From assembly GCF_009914755.1 (NCBI RefSeq), contig NC_060928.1: a stretch of DNA of 64,000 nt; one strand, 5' to 3'. The notes beneath the pieces are model-generated. The model worked only from the letters and a program-made list of their open reading frames with translations. It was not told the DNA's origin and did no database searches. The DNA is from the human T2T-CHM13v2.0 reference genome, Homo sapiens. Shown piece by piece: positions 60,241-64,000 of this stretch (positions within the stretch are counted from its first letter, which is position 1; every line of letters begins with the position of its first letter). The translations under genes were made by a program, and so were the position numbers.

Positions 60241-61096
60241 AAAAAAGAAAATGATAGAGAAGACAGAATACACTGTCGTCAAGGAATCAATGGAAGAAAG
60301 AATGACAAAGTGAAGAGGAGAGGAATGGTTTGGTATAAAATGAGATAAAGAATAAGAAAATGAGAAATGAATTTTGGTGATTTTCAAAAAGTTATGTTAA
60401 CAGGAAGGCAAGTCGGACTACAATGAGTTTAAAAATGAGTACAAAATCAGAAGGCTATTACAAGTCACTCATTCATGAACTTTAGAAGGGAAGAAAAAGG
60501 CAAACAGTTCTAAGGGGGTGAAGTATCAAGAGAAGGCATTTGAAAAAAGAGCAAGTATATTTGTAGTCTAAGGGAAAGGAAGATCCAGTGGAGAAGAAGT
60601 AGAAGATACACAGCACAAAAGATACTATAAAAGGGATTCTTCTATTAAAATGGTCAATACACTAAATTCTAATTTCTTGTTTACTTAAATGGCTCTCGAA
60701 AAGGATAGTGACCTCTGATAGGAACCATGTATATCTTATTAATCCTTGTATCTGCAGCACTAGTGTAGCGCAAGTAAAAATACTTGCAGTATATAATTTA
60801 TAGAGCTGGGAGTTAGAGTAACCTTTCCTAACTCTATGTAATTGACGAATATATAGAAAATGGTCCCCTCCCCCTTGTCCCCCCCCTTCTTTTGGGAAAG
60901 AGATCTGGATATCACAAAGAACTTATTTTAAGTAGATGCCTATCTTCTAGAATGGCTCAAACAAACCCAGTCTTTGCTAATATAGAAGTAGAAATCTTGT
61001 CATTCGAGCAAACTCATGAATTATTTTTTTAAATCCTTTAGTACAATAATGCCAGTATTATTATTTCATAATAGGGTCAAAAGTAGACAACTGTTC

Positions 61097-61385
61097 GCCA
61101 GGCTTACACCTGTAATCCCAGCACTTTGGGAGGCCAAGGTTGGTGGATCACCTGAGGCTGAGTTTGAGACCAGCCTGACCAACATGGTGAAAGCTCGTCT
61201 CTACTAAAAATAAAAAAAATTAGCTCGGCGTGGTGACACATGCCTGTAATCCCAGTTACTTGGGAGGCTAAAGCGGAAGAATCACTTGAATCTGGGAGGC
61301 AGAGGTTGCAGTGGGCAGATTGTGCCACTGCACTCCAGCCTGGGCGACTAAGCAAGACTCCGTCTCCCAAAAAAAAAAAAAGAAG
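61097..61385 (+). mobile_element. AluS
   Basis: consensus, A tail; TSD agacaa(c/g)tgttc. Confidence 0.88.
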
Positions 61386-61742
61386 ACAAGTGTTCCTCAA
61401 TTTCCCCATCTGAAAGCAAGAAACAGATACTATTGTCTACTTCATAATACCAGCTATTATGACACACAGATACTAGTGTTTACTTCATAAGAGTATTGTA
61501 AGGATTCAGTGAGTTAATATATAAAAATTATTCACTTATTTTTCTGATTTAAAGTACAGGTTTAAATGTTTATAATATATTTATACTCTAACAAATTTTC
61601 GTATGGTAACATTTCTGCTGAATACATAAAGAATTAATCACACAATTAATTGTCCCATCTAAAATACAAACAGAAAAATAACTCAATTTGCAAAATACTC
61701 TACCTTGCTTCAGACTTGAGACGTGGCTATAATCTATTTATA

Positions 61743-64000
61743 CAGGCATACCTTGTTTTATTGTGCTTCGCTTTATTGAACTTCAGTTACTGGGTTTTGT
61801 TTTGCTTTTTGTTTTTTCACAAAGTGAAGGTTTGTAGCAACCCTGGGTCAAGCAAGTCTATCAGCATCATTTTTTTTAATAGTATGTGTTCACTTTGTGT
61901 CTCTTGTGTCACATTTTGGTAATTCTTGCAATATTTCAAACTTTTTCCATTATTATTATATCTGTAATGGTGATTCGCCCACATAAGGTGGCGAATTTAA
62001 ATGTTGTGTGTGCTCTGACTGCTCCACCAACTCACTGGCCATTCCCCCATCCCTCTCCCTCTCCTTGGAGCTCCCCATTCCCTGAGACATACAACAATAC
62101 TGAAATTAGGCCAATTAATAACTCTACAATGGCCTTTAAGTATTCAAGTGAAAGGAAGAGTCCCTCATCTCTGACTTTAAATCAAAAGCTAGATGTGATT
62201 AAGCTTAGTGAGGAAGGCATGTCGAAAACTGAGACAGGCCAAAAGCTAGACCTCTTGCAACCAAACAAGTAGCAAAGTTGTGAATGAAAAAGAAAAGTTT
62301 TAGTGAACACATGTATGATAAGAAAGTGAAAACAGCCTTATTCCTGATATGGAGAAAGTTTGAGTGGTCTGTACAGAAGATCAAACCAGCCACAACATCC
62401 CCTTAAGCCAAAGCCTAATCCAGAGGCCTTAATGCTCTTCAATTCTGTGAAGGCAGAGAGAGTTAAGGAAACTACAGAAGAAAAGTTAGAAGAGAACAGA
62501 GGTAGGTTCATGAGGTATAAGGAAAGAGGCCATCTCCATAACATAAAAGTGCAAGGTGAAGCAGCAAGTGCTGATGTAGAAGCTAGAGCAAGTGATCCGG
62601 GAGACCTGGGTAAGATCATTGATGAAGGTCGCTACACTAGATACCAGAGTTTCAGTGCAGATGAAACAGCCTTCTATTGGGAGAAGATGCCATCTAGAAC
62701 TTTCGTAGTTAGAAAGGAGAAGCCAAAGCTGGCTTCAAAGCTTCAAAAGACAAGCTAACTCTCTTGTCAGGGGCAAATGCAGCTGGTGACTTTTAAGTTG
62801 AAGCCAATGTTCATTTGCCATTCTGAAAGTCCCAAAGCCCTTAAGAAGTATGCCCTATAAATAGAGCAACAAACCCTGGATGACAGGACATCTGATGACA
62901 GCACATCTGTTGACAACATGGCTTACTGAATATTTAAAGCCCACTGTTGAGACCTACTGGTCAGAAAAATAGATTTCTTTCAAAATACTATTGCTCGCTG
63001 ACAATGTACTTGGTAGCCCAAGAGTGCTGATGGAGATGTACAAGGAGATTAATGTTGTTTTCATGCCTGCTAACACAATACCCATTCTGCAGCCCATGGG
63101 TCAAGGAATAATTTTGACTTTCAAGTCTTATTTAAGAAATACACTTCATAAGGCTACAGTTCCCATAGATAGTGATTCATGTGATGGATCTGGGCAAAGT
63201 CAACTGAAAACCTTCTGGAAAGAATTCACCCGTCTAGATGGCATGAGAAGATTTCTGATTCATGGGAGAAGGTCAAAATATCAACATTACCAAGAGTTAA
63301 GAAGAAGTTGATTACTTGTGGATAACTTTGAGGGGTTCAAGATGTCAGTGAAGGAAGTAACTGCAGATGTGGTAGAAACGGCAAGAGAATTAGAATTAAA
63401 AGTGGAGTCTGAAGATGTGACTGATTGCTGCAATCTGCTAATAAACCCGAACTGATGAGGAGTTGCTCCACTGATGAGTAAACAAAGTGATTTCTTGAGA
63501 TCGACTCTACTCCTGAAGAAGATGTGAATACTGTTGACATGACAGCAAAGGATACAGAATATTACATAAATTTAGTTGATAGAGCAGCAGCAGGGTTTGA
63601 GAGTACTGACTGTAATTTTGAAAGAAGTTCTACTCTGGGTAAAATGCTATCAAACAGCACTGCATGTTACAGAGAAATCTTGAAAGGAAGAGTGAATCAG
63701 TGTGGCAAACTTCATTGCTGACTCATTTTAAGAAATTGCCGTAGCCACCCCAACCTTCAGCAACCACCACCCTAATCAGTTAGTAGCCACTGACACTGAG
63801 GCAATACCTTCCACCAGCAAAAAGATTAAGACTTGCTGAAGGCTCAGATGATTGTTAGCATTTTTTAGCAATAAAGTATTTTTAAATTTAGGTATGATCA
63901 GTATTTTTTATATAATGTTATTACACACCTAATAGACTACAGGGAAACAAAACAATTCATGTGACTCATTTTACTGAAATATTAGCTTTATTGCAGTGGT
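61743..64000 (+). mobile_element. near full-length Tigger1 with a decayed pogo-like transposase
   Basis: TA+caggcataccttgttttattg TIR; ORF fragments ERKSPSSLTLNQKLDVIKLSEEGMSK (CENP-B-type HTH), [26 protein letters not shown] (DDE domain) broken by frameshifts and stops; right end lies just beyond the window. Confidence 0.93.

Noticed and set aside
61886-63721. Possible domesticated TIGD1-like gene
   Set aside because: Multiple frameshifts and stops; a fossil Tigger1.

Overview
Human-type (primate, Alu-rich) genomic DNA at the convergent TMEM165 / CLOCK locus (human 4q12). The + strand carries the last four coding exons of TMEM165 (exons 3-6, stop 13594-13596, poly(A) signals at 14268 and 14298). 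The - strand carries 16 coding exons of the circadian gene CLOCK (conventional exons 8-23, 58950 down to the stop at 23559; 2193 nt, phases all consistent) and a ~7.5 kb 3' UTR ending near 16050. Introns contain about 30 Alu/FLAM copies, L1/L2/MIR fragments, LTRs (LTR33, MLT1, THE1), DNA transposons (near full-length Tigger1, Tigger3, MER2, MADE1) and a Y3 RNA pseudogene. The most unusual unexplained structure is a 169-bp, 168/169-identical inverted duplication of unique sequence (33248-33416 / 34988-35156). It lies in the CLOCK intron between exon 18 and the 51-codon 'delta-19' exon, and one copy sits inside an old LTR. Exon numbers, repeat family names and variant identities come from recall and need database confirmation; repeat boundaries are approximate.
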